From the NCBI GenBank assembly GCA_030679255.1, contig JAUXTO010000022.1:128915-192914 (forward strand): a stretch of DNA of 64,000 bases. The letters are read 5' to 3'. The DNA is from Candidatus Gottesmanbacteria bacterium. GTDB taxonomy: Bacteria > Patescibacteriota > Microgenomatia > UBA10105 > UBA927. The notes under the pieces are model-generated. The model did not search any database and was not told the DNA's origin. It saw only the letters and a list, made by a program, of their open reading frames with translations. The stretch's first letter is position 1. Each line of letters begins with the position of its first letter. Positions 53,372 through 63,746 of this stretch are shown here, one piece after another. Position numbers and translations under genes: made by a program.

Positions 53372-54841
53372 ATGAAAAAAGTGAAAAAAAATCTTGTTGC
53401 CCGTACGGTAATTATTATACTCCTTGTTTTTATAGCCGCGGTCTCCGTCTATTGGACCAAAACCCAAAAAGAAAAGCCTGCGTGCTCGCGCTGCAACGTC
53501 GTGCTCATCGACATAGACATCCTGCGCGCGGACGCCCTGCCGTGTTATGGATATAAAAGAAACACGACTCCCAACATCTGTGCGCTTGCCCAAAAGAGCC
53601 AGGTCTTTACAGACAACTACGCACAAGCCAACTGGACCCTTCCCAGCATGATGTCAACCATTACATCGCTGTATCCGTTTTCTCATGGCGTATCCAAAAC
53701 ATACAGTGACGCACTCAATCCCGACACGCCAACCCTTGCGGCGGAACTTAAAAAAATTGGCTACAATACGATATTTTTTGGATCTATCAGCTCTTCCACA
53801 ATCGATGACACAAATGGCGGGACAAAAGGTTATAGCGCTCTTCATGGTTTTGGCCCAAGACGATGGCTTGAGGAGGTGCGCGAAGTTTTAAACCAAAAAG
53901 GCCCCTTTTTTATTCATTTATATACCGGCAACCTTCATATGCCGTACCTCGTGGAAAACGAGTCTCAAATACTTGAACAGCTGCCCAGACCAAATAATTT
54001 TCCTGCTACGCTCAAAGACTTCAAGCCTCTCGTTGGTAAGTCTCTTTACCAAAATTACCTCGACGTGTTTACTTCTCTTGCCATATCAGAGAGACCAGAT
54101 CTGTTTGCGTCAATGAGTGCTTCTAAAATTCCCGGCCTTGTTGATTATTTTTGGTCTCGAGCTATTCCCAATGACCCAGAAAGAATAATCAACAACGGGT
54201 GGATAGTTAAATATGAAGCATATATGGAGGCAATTACAAAAAACGAGCCTTTGTCAGACCCGTATACCCGCCTCCTCTATGATTCTGTTCTTTCGGTTTT
54301 AGACAATGACTTGTCCCCGTTGTTGTCATTGATAAACTCTCCGGGATTTGAAAAAAACACCATCGTTATACTTTATTCTGATCACGGGGAAGCTTTCGGC
54401 GAACACGGCATTAATGGTCATCCTGAAAGCTTATATAATGAAATAATTAAAACTCCTCTCATTGTTTATGTTCCGGGCGTCTCCCCTCAAAGATTTACTG
54501 TGTCCTCCCAAAATATTGATATTCTTCCGACCATCCTTGGGCTCGTTGGCGGCACCCCTCTCGGGGGACTGCGCGGCGAGTCTCTTGTTTCTTTAATGAC
54601 GAAGGGAGCCCCTATTCAAAAGAGGCCCATTGTCGCTCAGGCGGGAAAATATAAATTCTCTATTTACAACGGGACATTGAAACTCATAGTAAACAATTAC
54701 AATAATCCGCTTCTTAACGCTGAGCTTTATAACACTCAACAAGATCCTGGAGAAACCACAAATATAATTTCGTTCAACCAAAGGGCCGCTGAGATGTTAT
54801 TGTCTGGCCTAACTGCAACAATCCTCGAAAAAACTCCGTAA
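53372..54841 (+). CDS. Sulfatase-like hydrolase/transferase
   Basis: DIDILRAD, WTLPSM, HMPY, SDHGE, DILPTIL, ELYN...DPGE. Confidence 0.87.
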   Translation: MKKVKKNLVARTVIIILLVFIAAVSVYWTKTQKEKPACSRCNVVLIDIDILRADALPCYGYKRNTTPNICALAQKSQVFTDNYAQANWTLPSMMSTITSLYPFSHGVSKTYSDALNPDTPTLAAELKKIGYNTIFFGSISSSTIDDTNGGTKGYSALHGFGPRRWLEEVREVLNQKGPFFIHLYTGNLHMPYLVENESQILEQLPRPNNFPATLKDFKPLVGKSLYQNYLDVFTSLAISERPDLFASMSASKIPGLVDYFWSRAIPNDPERIINNGWIVKYEAYMEAITKNEPLSDPYTRLLYDSVLSVLDNDLSPLLSLINSPGFEKNTIVILYSDHGEAFGEHGINGHPESLYNEIIKTPLIVYVPGVSPQRFTVSSQNIDILPTILGLVGGTPLGGLRGESLVSLMTKGAPIQKRPIVAQAGKYKFSIYNGTLKLIVNNYNNPLLNAELYNTQQDPGETTNIISFNQRAAEMLLSGLTATILEKTP

Positions 54842-54857
54842 TTGTGTTTTTTCGCGC

Positions 54858-54904
54858 TTGACAACTCTCTTATTTCTTTCTAGGATGTGGATAAGTTATC
54901 CACC
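54858..54904 (+). promoter_or_regulatory. dnaA promoter with DnaA boxes
   Basis: TTGACA-17-TAGGAT; TGTGGATAA at 54886 and TTATCCACC at 54896. Confidence 0.85.
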
Positions 54905-54967
54905 TGCTCCCGCCTCTGCCCGCACCGTGTGCTCGTCACATAATTCTATCACGTGTATATCAAGAAT

Positions 54968-56341
54968 ATGGATTTAGAAAAACTCTGGAAAACAACTCTT
55001 GCGGAGATCGAGGTTTCTGTCTCGCGCGTTGCGTTTCACACGCAGTTTAAGGGCTCATCACTCGTGTCGCTTGCCAGTAATGTCGCAACGGTCGGCATTT
55101 CTAATGCTCCCCTCAGGGCGCTTGTCGAATCTCGTTATTATAGTCTCATCAAAAGCATTCTTGACCACCATACAAACGAAAACATCAGTCTGATCTTTGT
55201 GGTGGCCGCCAAGCACGAACGGATGACCGACGAAGATGCCGGGCCGTTATTTTCTTCCCGTGGGGCAGCCGCCTTATCCTCATATGTCACAGGCCCACAG
55301 GACACCGCCCGGAGACTCCATATCCGCGCAGACGCCTCATTTGACAACTTCGCCGTATCCACGACCAACCAACTCGCGTACGCTGCGGCTACCGCCGTTG
55401 CCAAGAGCCCGGGTGGCGCATATAACCCTCTTTTTCTTTATGGAGGCGTCGGGGTGGGGAAGACCCACCTCATGCATGCGGTAGCCAATGCGATCATTGC
55501 TAAAAAGCCTACCGTTAAGCTTGTCTATTGTATGGGCGAGGAGTTTACCAATGAAATCGTCGAGGCCATCCAAAATAAAACCAACCGGCAATTCCGGCAA
55601 AAATACCGGTCCGCGGAGCTTTTTTTGGTCGACGACGTCCAGTTTATCGCCGGTAAGCAGCAAACCCAGGAAGAGTTTTTTCACACCTTCAACGCGCTGC
55701 ACCGCGAGGGAGTACAAATCATCCTAACCAGCGACCGGCCTCCGCCGGAAATTGCCAAGCTTGATGACCGCCTAAGGAGCCGCTTTGAAGGGGGGATGAC
55801 GGTAGATATCGCTCCTCCCAACTTTGAGCTGCGGGTCGCAATTGTCAACATCAAATCAGCGGCGTTGGGAATTAGCGTTCCTTCGGAGGCCGCCCAGCTC
55901 GTCGCGGCCAACCTCACCGACACGCGGGCAATTGAGGGATTTCTGCGTAAACTCACCGCCCCCGGCGTGGGACCGGCGACCCCAGAGTTGGTCGCGTCTC
56001 TCTTAGGATCCAAGGCGGTGGTGGGAAGCGGAGGGATAGCCAAGCACGACAAGCGCGTGCCGGCGGCTGAGGTGCTCGAGGTGGTTGCCGCCTACTACAG
56101 CATTAAATCCACAACCATCAAAAGCCCCAAACGCGACCGCCCCATCTCCCGGCCGAGGCAAATCATTATGTATCTTTGTAAAACCGAGCTGGGCCTCACT
56201 CTTGAGGACATCGGCGGTCTCCTGGGGGGCCGCGATCATACGACCATTATGCACGGCGTCGAAACGATTACCCAAGAGCTCTCGGTCAACGAACGCCTGC
56301 GCTCGGATGTAGAGGGGATAAAAAAGAAACTCTGGGCATAA
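54968..56341 (+). CDS. dnaA: Chromosomal replication initiator
   Basis: YNPLFLYGGVGVGKTHL, DDVQF, QEEFFHTFN, RLRSRF, GGRDHTT. Confidence 0.98.
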   Translation: MDLEKLWKTTLAEIEVSVSRVAFHTQFKGSSLVSLASNVATVGISNAPLRALVESRYYSLIKSILDHHTNENISLIFVVAAKHERMTDEDAGPLFSSRGAAALSSYVTGPQDTARRLHIRADASFDNFAVSTTNQLAYAAATAVAKSPGGAYNPLFLYGGVGVGKTHLMHAVANAIIAKKPTVKLVYCMGEEFTNEIVEAIQNKTNRQFRQKYRSAELFLVDDVQFIAGKQQTQEEFFHTFNALHREGVQIILTSDRPPPEIAKLDDRLRSRFEGGMTVDIAPPNFELRVAIVNIKSAALGISVPSEAAQLVAANLTDTRAIEGFLRKLTAPGVGPATPELVASLLGSKAVVGSGGIAKHDKRVPAAEVLEVVAAYYSIKSTTIKSPKRDRPISRPRQIIMYLCKTELGLTLEDIGGLLGGRDHTTIMHGVETITQELSVNERLRSDVEGIKKKLWA

Positions 56342-56361
56342 CTAGGGGGCCCCCGGCCCAG

Positions 56362-56531
56362 ATATCCACTTTTCCACAATTTGCCCTTTCTTATCCACAA
56401 CGTTATCCACACTTCGCCGTGCTCATTGTTAACAATAAAAGCCCCTCTCTTCTTCTTGTTGTTGACTCCTAAACTAAAAAAACGTACACTTTTCCACGCT
56501 CCTTACTTACTACTACGACGAATAACAACAT
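56362..56531. other. oriC region: DnaA boxes and DnaA-trio-like run
   Basis: TTATCCACA at 56391 and 56403, TTTTCCACA at 56370, TTTTCCACG at 56490, then TAC TAC TAC GAC GAA TAA CAA. Confidence 0.88.
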
Positions 56532-57644
56532 ATGAAAGTCTCCGTTCTTCAAGAAAACCTTACACAGGCAGTGACGAGGACAAGTAGGGTGATTTCTACG
56601 AAGCCGCCTCTCCCAATTCTTTCTACTATTTTACTACTCGCCACAAAGGATGGTCTCTTGTTGACCGCGTCAACCCTAGAGACAACAGAGTCCGTTTCTG
56701 TGGGGGCAAAGATAGACCGCGAGGGGGGCCTTTGTGTGCCGGCGAAGGTATTTTCAGAGCTTGTTTCCTCTCTTCCTCAAGACACGGTGTTCCTTGAAGA
56801 AAAAGAGGGGTCCTTACGTATATCTTGTGGAGGGATTCGCGCTTCCATCGCAGGAGTCGCAGCGGGAGAGTTTCCCCCCTTAAACAAGAATGAAGGAAAA
56901 AAGGAAACATCGCTTGATAAAGACGCGTTTGTTTCTGTTTTATCTCTTGTGTTATTTGCCGCGTCTACAGACGAAGGAAGACCCCTGTTGACGGGGGTCA
57001 AAATTGTACAAAAGCAAGAAGGCGCCCTTTTTGCTGCGACAGACGGCTACAGACTGTCGGTTTATCGGTCCGGGCTCGCGCTTCCTGCCTCCACCGACGT
57101 CGTGATTCCCGGACGGGCACTTGGGGAAATACTTCGCGTGTGTCAGGAAGAAAAGGAAGTGAAAAAGGTAGTCATTTCGGACGCAGGAGAAGGACAATTG
57201 GTGGCGCGGGTAGGGGACACAACCATCGTGACGCGTAGGATTGAAGGAGAGTACCCTAATTTTGAAAAAATAATACCCGCGAAGCACACCACGGTGGCGA
57301 CAATTGACGTGCAGCAGTTTACAAGGGCGGTCAAGTCTGCATCAATATTTGCCCGCGACAGCGCCAACATTGTCCGTCTTCACGTTGGCAAAAACTCGCT
57401 CACGATTTCCGCCAACGCCCCCCAGGTGGGCGAAAATACCGTAGAGCTGGACGCAAAAACGGAAGGCGAAGAGGGAGACATTGCGTTTAACAGCCGTTTT
57501 TTAGCCGAGCTCCTCAGTAATTTTCCCGGAGAAGAAGTGGTGTTTGAAATGACCGGGTCACTGAACCCCGGCGCGTTCCGAAGTCCCAAAGACTCCTCAT
57601 TTCTCCACATCATCATGCCGGTGAGGGTGTCTGCCGAAGGATAA
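56532..57644 (+). CDS. dnaN: DNA polymerase III beta clamp
   Basis: LPILS, RPLLTGV, ATDGYRLS, IEGEYP, IAFN, IIMPVR. Confidence 0.97.
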   Translation: MKVSVLQENLTQAVTRTSRVISTKPPLPILSTILLLATKDGLLLTASTLETTESVSVGAKIDREGGLCVPAKVFSELVSSLPQDTVFLEEKEGSLRISCGGIRASIAGVAAGEFPPLNKNEGKKETSLDKDAFVSVLSLVLFAASTDEGRPLLTGVKIVQKQEGALFAATDGYRLSVYRSGLALPASTDVVIPGRALGEILRVCQEEKEVKKVVISDAGEGQLVARVGDTTIVTRRIEGEYPNFEKIIPAKHTTVATIDVQQFTRAVKSASIFARDSANIVRLHVGKNSLTISANAPQVGENTVELDAKTEGEEGDIAFNSRFLAELLSNFPGEEVVFEMTGSLNPGAFRSPKDSSFLHIIMPVRVSAEG

Positions 57645-57651
57645 TGTCCGT

Positions 57652-60036
57652 TTATAAAGAACCACACGCAAGCGTTTCTTTGTACCCGCCGCACCCCGAA
57701 GGTAAAACAAAGGGGGGCTTGGTTCCATCTGCGTTGCGCAGTTCATAATGGAGATGGGGGCCCGAGGAGGCCCCCGTGTTGTCAGAGGCCCCCAAAATCG
57801 TCCGGGCCGGAACAGGACGCGCAGACGTTGACCCCGAACACCGGGGGGCCCCGCCGCAAAGACTTTTTATTGTTGTGCTTACATCGAGAAGGTGGCCATA
57901 TATAGTGAAGTAGAGTTTTCCTGATGAGGGATCAGTGCCGGCAAGAACGACGTAATTTCCATAGTCAGCCCCCCCGTTTTGAGGAATATCAGATACATAT
58001 TCAACGAGGTACCCATAGTGGGTTGAATATATATCCGTTGACATTGGTAAACCAATATCAAACGCGTTGGACCAAGCGTGTGTAAAATAATGAGAATAGT
58101 CGGGCCTATTGTCGTTGGGACACTGTGTAATTGAAGCAAACAAGGTTCGACCTACGGGGCACCCACTTACCGCAGATGCGGGACTGGGGGGGGGACCATT
58201 ATAGATAATTTCATTTTTCCCTTCGATCCCCACACCTCGCCCGGAGAGGTTTTGTCCGGCAGACATAAGGACTGCCGTGATATTGTTTGATTTTATAAAA
58301 CCAAAATTTATAAACGTCGGGAGCACAAAAAGAAGGACAATGGCAACCCCGATAAACACCGCGATCATGAGGGGCGTGTCATCCCAAAAACTGGTTTTTT
58401 GGGTTCTTCTCCCAAACGGCGAAAAGGGAACGCCGCCAAACAAGAGGCCCACGAGACCTCCTCCTGCGCGGCCAGCAACGCCAGCGAGCCCCAACCCCGC
58501 CCATGACAATGCCCCACCGATTGCGCCCCCCAAGCCACCCCCGGAAACGCCAATGTGGGGGATTGCCCCTGATTGCCCCACGAGTTGCGTGGCGGCTGCC
58601 TCCGGCGACACCAAAGAGATGACCATTGTATAAAAGGTTTGCCACGACGGGATTTGTTTGGAAAAAGAAGCGGCTGCGGCGGCCACATTGGCCCCTCCCG
58701 CGGCGCCCGCCCCCGGCCCGCCAGCAAGAGACAGTAATAGCAGTGCAACATTCTCCGCCCGTCCCAGAGCAAGCGCCGGTTGGCCTCCGGGAGTCCTCGC
58801 GTGTATGGCGAGAAGTTCAAAGTAAGCAAGTATCGCCTCCCGTGGATTAGTCAAGAGAGGAGCGGTCACCGGTCCCACGAGGATAGCGCCAATAATATCA
58901 TCAAGGGCGCCCTTAGCCTGTGTTATCCCCGACCCCCCTCTTGGCGCACGGGTAAATTCTTTTTTTGTGCCTTCCATGACGAGTCGAAAGAGCTCACTGT
59001 CAACAAACTCTTTCCCCAGCCTGGTCGTCAGATCGTCGGTTTTGGTAAGCGCCTGTTCAAGAGCCCTGGAAAACGTAGCACGGATGACGTCTTGCCGGGC
59101 CAGAGGAGAAAGTTGGGAAAACAACGCATCGGCGGCCCCCGCGATAAATTTTTGTGCCGGCCCCTCGGCAACGGTGGTAAAAAACTTACCCGACCCACCC
59201 CCGATGTTCCCACGGTCCGCGCGCGGGTCCACGGCGGCTTCGGCCACCCGCGCTAGCACGTCTGCGTGGTCAATTGCGCTGCCCGTGGGAAGGTCAGAGC
59301 GGGTGATAATGTCAGTAACAATCGCCGCAAACCGCTCGATGTTTGGGTTTCCCATCCGGGAGTAGATGGCTTTTGGAATTTCATGCACGGCGGAAAGGGC
59401 GCGCGTGCCGCGGGAAAGCTCTTGTTTTATGTTACCTTCTTCACCGATTGCGTCCCGTATAACGCGTGGCGCGGAGGGTCCCGCGTTGAGTATTGTTTCA
59501 ATAACGCGGCTTGCGTCCGGCCCCGACAACTCCTGGGCCGAAATCCCCTCAAGCTTTTGACGGACAACAACCTCGCTTAAGGACCCCGCACTAATTTCCT
59601 CGCGCGATCGTGCAATCCAGTTGGCCACAAGCCGCTCGATGAATGTTTTACGCAACGCAGCAACGTTTTTTTGTTGCCGCGCCATAGCCCCGGCAACTAT
59701 TTTTTCTGACGCCCGCAAGGAGCTTGCCCGACTGAGGACCTCTTTCGGAGAGAGGGCAGCATCAGGTTTTTCCGCATGAAATTGTGGAGGGGCCCCAGCT
59801 ATTTCCGCCGCCGCACCATGAAGGGCTTGGGTAACCGCATCAACAGAGAGACCACCGTCGTCGCCCGGAGACAGGGTGAGCTTGCCCGCGTTTTGAGTCA
59901 GGGCACGGCGCAACCCCTCATATTGTCCTGCCGCGACTAAAGCCGCCTCGGGCGTAATTCTTCCCGCGCTAAGATCGTCAAGAAGATTATTGATGAATTC
60001 TTTGATTGTTTGTTGTTCCTCTAATTGTTGTGCCAT
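57652..60036 (-). CDS. Membrane protein with a C-terminal M23 peptidase domain
   Basis: AFDIG, YGNYV, YGHL, NTGASSGPHLHYE; TM preceded by a long helical, Gly-rich region. Confidence 0.85.
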   Translation of the reverse strand: MAQQLEEQQTIKEFINNLLDDLSAGRITPEAALVAAGQYEGLRRALTQNAGKLTLSPGDDGGLSVDAVTQALHGAAAEIAGAPPQFHAEKPDAALSPKEVLSRASSLRASEKIVAGAMARQQKNVAALRKTFIERLVANWIARSREEISAGSLSEVVVRQKLEGISAQELSGPDASRVIETILNAGPSAPRVIRDAIGEEGNIKQELSRGTRALSAVHEIPKAIYSRMGNPNIERFAAIVTDIITRSDLPTGSAIDHADVLARVAEAAVDPRADRGNIGGGSGKFFTTVAEGPAQKFIAGAADALFSQLSPLARQDVIRATFSRALEQALTKTDDLTTRLGKEFVDSELFRLVMEGTKKEFTRAPRGGSGITQAKGALDDIIGAILVGPVTAPLLTNPREAILAYFELLAIHARTPGGQPALALGRAENVALLLLSLAGGPGAGAAGGANVAAAAASFSKQIPSWQTFYTMVISLVSPEAAATQLVGQSGAIPHIGVSGGGLGGAIGGALSWAGLGLAGVAGRAGGGLVGLLFGGVPFSPFGRRTQKTSFWDDTPLMIAVFIGVAIVLLFVLPTFINFGFIKSNNITAVLMSAGQNLSGRGVGIEGKNEIIYNGPPPSPASAVSGCPVGRTLFASITQCPNDNRPDYSHYFTHAWSNAFDIGLPMSTDIYSTHYGYLVEYVSDIPQNGGADYGNYVVLAGTDPSSGKLYFTIYGHLLDVSTTIKSLCGGAPRCSGSTSARPVPARTILGASDNTGASSGPHLHYELRNADGTKPPFVLPSGCGGYKETLACGSL

Positions 60037-60041
60037 GATGG

Positions 60042-63000
60042 TTATTCGCCGTTACCCGCTACGGTTTCGACGGTAAAAAGGGGACGATTAGACGCAGGAA
60101 GTAGCCGTTCCCCATTGATGTTGTGTGGGGAGGTGGGCGCGCTCACCGAGCTTTTGTTTTGTGATTGAGCGATAAGATCTTGGGGCTTCGTGGTGACGAG
60201 CTCGTGCTCTGTGGGGCTTGCGATGATGCGCATGGCCGCGTGAGCAGGTCCGGCAAAAAAGAGCCCTTCCCCGATGTCCGCCGAAAGGAGAAGATGCTTT
60301 TCTCCTTCAGAAAGAAAGAACGCCTCCGCGATGCGGTCGATGGCCGCCGTTGATTGTTTGAGTAACACCTGGAGACTGCTATTTTGGATGATGGCACGGC
60401 CAAGATCCGTGGAGAGAAAATCCTCAACATCTTGAGAGATGGTCGTCACGCCAAGATAATATTTCCGCGCGCGCTTGGCGATAGAGTTCATAAAATATGC
60501 CGAGTCCGGAAACTTCATCATATACCACGCTTCGTCTACAATGAGCAGCCGTCGTTTGAGGTCTCGCCGGACCTTGGTCCAGATGAAGTCTAAAATAAGA
60601 TACATAGCGATGGGGCGGAGCTCCTCTTCGAGGTCCCGAATGGAAAACACCGTGAGGGGATTTCTGATTTCCACATTGGTTTGTTGATCGAATATGCCCA
60701 CGAGGCTTCCTTTGACGAATTTTTCTATCCGGTCAGCCAGGCCGCGCGCCGCAGGCTCTTCCATACCGATGAGAGATTTGTATAAATCTTCCATAAGCGG
60801 AGGCTCCCGGCCTTGTGTTGCCGGGTCAGGGGTAATGCCCCGTTGTTTGTAGGTGAGGATAAGCGCGCGGTCCAAGATTGCATCCTCCGTGGGGGTGAGC
60901 GTTCCCATGACCACCCGGAAGAACCCATGGAGAGAAAGAATTTTTTGGTTAAGCTCGCTTTCGCCGCTTCCGGCGCGAAGAAGCGCGAGATCAAAGGGGT
61001 TAATTTTGGTTTCCGTGCCAAAGTGGAAGCGGATATATTCGCCTCCCAACGCGTGAGTGAGCGCTTGGTATTCGTTTTCCGGATCGATAATGATGACTTC
61101 TGTGTCAAACATGAGGCTCCGCATGGCTTCGAGCTTGACGAAATAACTTTTTCCTCCGCCGGAGTTGTGGACAAACATTCCGCCGTGTCCTGCGAGGAAC
61201 ACGTGGTTGTCTACCGTCAGGTCGTAGACGTAGCGTTCGTTATGTTTGATTTTTTCTTTGCGAACGACCGGATCCCAAAAGAGGTCGGCATCGGCGAGTT
61301 TTTTAAGACCCGCAAGGATTCTTTTTGCGTGCCGAAGTTTAAGTTGGAGCGACCGGTAGCGTTTTTTAAGCACCACGACTGCGTCATAAAGCGTCGCATA
61401 CGAAGCGTCTCCTTGTTTGCGCGCCTCCAGGACCACGCTCGTCCAAAGACTTTTATTATGAGCAAGAAGAGACACGCCCATTTCCTTGAAGCACTCATAG
61501 AGTGTTTGTTTGATGATGTGGGGAGCTACGAAGCGCTCGCCTGTGATGGTTTCGTACGCGCGAAGGACAGTTGTTGTGCGCGGGATTACGGCACCGCGCT
61601 TCATGAGCCGCCAGGTCTGTCCGAGGTTTTTCCACAAGAGCGCATTCAGGCGCTTGTTTGTGTTTCCTCTGCGGATGATTTCTTCAAGCTCTGGAAGCCT
61701 GGAAAGGAGCTGCACGCGTTCTCTAAGTTTTTGTAGATGAGCAATACGTTGTTCTGCGGCGAGAATAATGTTTTTCAATTCCTTGGGAGACGGCTGAAAA
61801 ACGTTTCGGGATAACGGGGAAACATTTATTGGCGCCGCCACACAATCTCCGCAGTACAGCATGTCGTGGAGTTTGCCAATGGTCGGCCCCAGCGTGGGAA
61901 TGGTATTCACGTTCGTGTTTGCGGTTTTCCCCAACAGAGCGTGGAGCGCTTTGGTTTTCCGTTGTGTGAGGAATCCAATTTCGCCTGCAAACGCTTTAAG
62001 CTCGTCCGCGCCTGAGATGGTGAGTTCGTGATATGTGTCACCCGCATGGTTGGAGTTGGTTGCGCGTTTTTGTTTTATGTGCATTCTTCCGATGATGCCA
62101 AAATAAAGAAGTAGGTATGCAATATCAGAGATAAGACGTTTTGATTTTGAGGTACACGATACGACATGCTTTCCAACGGTTCCGTCGCCTTCAAAATATG
62201 CGCATAGATACTGGGCGACACGCACCTTTGGCAAAGTGAATACAATTGGTGGAACTCGCTTCTCCCCCGACTTTCCCCCTGCGCCCATCGCCACGAAAAG
62301 CCGCGCGTATGCGTTGGGCTGGATGTTGTACCCCTTGATTTGGTGATCCTGGTCGTTTCGCGATGCGACAAGGGCGCCAACAGCTGACGCCGCACGCTTT
62401 ATCGTATCAAGTACTACCGGGTCGGTGTTATAAATAGTAAGCACTTTTTCTGTCACAAAGCCTTCCGCCGTGGTTAGCCCCAAAAGCGTGAGGAGCGGCG
62501 TCTCGATGGGTATAGAAGTTGGAAGTGAATCTGGCCATGATGAGGCGAGGAGAGAGCGTGGTTTGATTATGGCTCGGGTGGCACCCCCCCCATGGACGGT
62601 TCGGGGAAGGGGAACGACGTCGCCTCGTCGTATTGTCCGACCGCGCGCCGCTGTCACGCGCCCGTCGCGAAGAGTAATCAAACTATGATCCCCGGTAACC
62701 GTGATCTCTCGACCGCTTCTTGTGGTGAGTTTATAGAGCCTTTCTCGTTTCGAAAACGGTTTTCGAGCTGCTACAGAAACCCGCGTCCATTCGCCGTGAA
62801 GGGCATTATTATACGAGAACACTTCAAGGGCGGGGTCTCTTACGCCCTCAAGGTCTTCGTCCTTATATGTAATGCCGTGTTTTTGGATAAGCGACTCAAC
62901 GATATCCCCGATGATTCCTTTGTGGACGACACCGTTTTCTCGTACAAGCACAGGCTCCCAGCTTGCTACGGACTTCCCAAACACCACCATATTCGCGTTT

Positions 63001-63746
63001 TCTAAGGTAAACCGGTCAAAGATGATGAGACTCCCGTTGTGTTCATTCATGCCATAGAGAACCCCTTCATTTGCGGAAAGTTCAGATGTGGTGAACGGGA
63101 AGGTGGTGGCCAAGGTGGTCGTGTCCATGTTGCGGGTTACCATAATCCGGTCTTGGCCCATAGGGAGGGTGGTTCGGAACCCCTCATCCATGGCAAGCAC
63201 CGCCTTTTTGGTAATGATCAGGAGCGAGCCCAGCGTTGCCTCTACCTGTTTGGTGATTTTATCAAGCTCCGAAAGGGTTTTGGAGGGAATAGTGATATAG
63301 AGTCCAAATTGGAAAAAACGCTCCGCGCCGCGGGCAAGCTCTTGCTGGAGGGAAAGGGCATCTTCGAGGGACACCTGGATGGAGGGCTCGATGACCCTGC
63401 CGCGTTTCATGTCCGATTGTATGGTGGCCTCCATTTCACCGACCTTACGCTTGAGATTCTCGAGAATCTCCTCAGACTTGGTGGGGTAGATATACATGGA
63501 TACATCAAGCGTATGGTTGAAAGAAATGAGCGGCTCAAGCCAGTTGGCGCTGACAAACCGGGGGTAACCCACCACAAAAAGCGTCCGGTGAAATTGGTCG
63601 CCCACCTTGATGTGGTCAAAGTCGACCTCAATCGTTGGTGGGGCAATCATGTCGCGCACCTCAAGCGGGATATTGGGGTCGTGTTCTACGCCCACGTCCT
63701 CCGGCATGGGATTTATGAATTGTTTGATGGCCCTTTGTATGTTCAT
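60042..63746 (-). CDS. VirB4-like ATPase containing an intein
   Basis: Spliced Walker A GKSGGGKS; IIDPENEY; VDEAW; KRARKY...TTISQ. Confidence 0.92.
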   Translation of the reverse strand: MNIQRAIKQFINPMPEDVGVEHDPNIPLEVRDMIAPPTIEVDFDHIKVGDQFHRTLFVVGYPRFVSANWLEPLISFNHTLDVSMYIYPTKSEEILENLKRKVGEMEATIQSDMKRGRVIEPSIQVSLEDALSLQQELARGAERFFQFGLYITIPSKTLSELDKITKQVEATLGSLLIITKKAVLAMDEGFRTTLPMGQDRIMVTRNMDTTTLATTFPFTTSELSANEGVLYGMNEHNGSLIIFDRFTLENANMVVFGKSVASWEPVLVRENGVVHKGIIGDIVESLIQKHGITYKDEDLEGVRDPALEVFSYNNALHGEWTRVSVAARKPFSKRERLYKLTTRSGREITVTGDHSLITLRDGRVTAARGRTIRRGDVVPLPRTVHGGGATRAIIKPRSLLASSWPDSLPTSIPIETPLLTLLGLTTAEGFVTEKVLTIYNTDPVVLDTIKRAASAVGALVASRNDQDHQIKGYNIQPNAYARLFVAMGAGGKSGEKRVPPIVFTLPKVRVAQYLCAYFEGDGTVGKHVVSCTSKSKRLISDIAYLLLYFGIIGRMHIKQKRATNSNHAGDTYHELTISGADELKAFAGEIGFLTQRKTKALHALLGKTANTNVNTIPTLGPTIGKLHDMLYCGDCVAAPINVSPLSRNVFQPSPKELKNIILAAEQRIAHLQKLRERVQLLSRLPELEEIIRRGNTNKRLNALLWKNLGQTWRLMKRGAVIPRTTTVLRAYETITGERFVAPHIIKQTLYECFKEMGVSLLAHNKSLWTSVVLEARKQGDASYATLYDAVVVLKKRYRSLQLKLRHAKRILAGLKKLADADLFWDPVVRKEKIKHNERYVYDLTVDNHVFLAGHGGMFVHNSGGGKSYFVKLEAMRSLMFDTEVIIIDPENEYQALTHALGGEYIRFHFGTETKINPFDLALLRAGSGESELNQKILSLHGFFRVVMGTLTPTEDAILDRALILTYKQRGITPDPATQGREPPLMEDLYKSLIGMEEPAARGLADRIEKFVKGSLVGIFDQQTNVEIRNPLTVFSIRDLEEELRPIAMYLILDFIWTKVRRDLKRRLLIVDEAWYMMKFPDSAYFMNSIAKRARKYYLGVTTISQDVEDFLSTDLGRAIIQNSSLQVLLKQSTAAIDRIAEAFFLSEGEKHLLLSADIGEGLFFAGPAHAAMRIIASPTEHELVTTKPQDLIAQSQNKSSVSAPTSPHNINGERLLPASNRPLFTVETVAGNGE
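61164..62972 (-). mobile_element. 603-aa intein with LAGLIDADG homing endonuclease
   Basis: Starts SVASWEPV after FGK; block B TVTGDHS; LLGLTTAEG and YLCAYFEGDG; YVYDLTV...FVHN followed by Ser. Confidence 0.95.
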
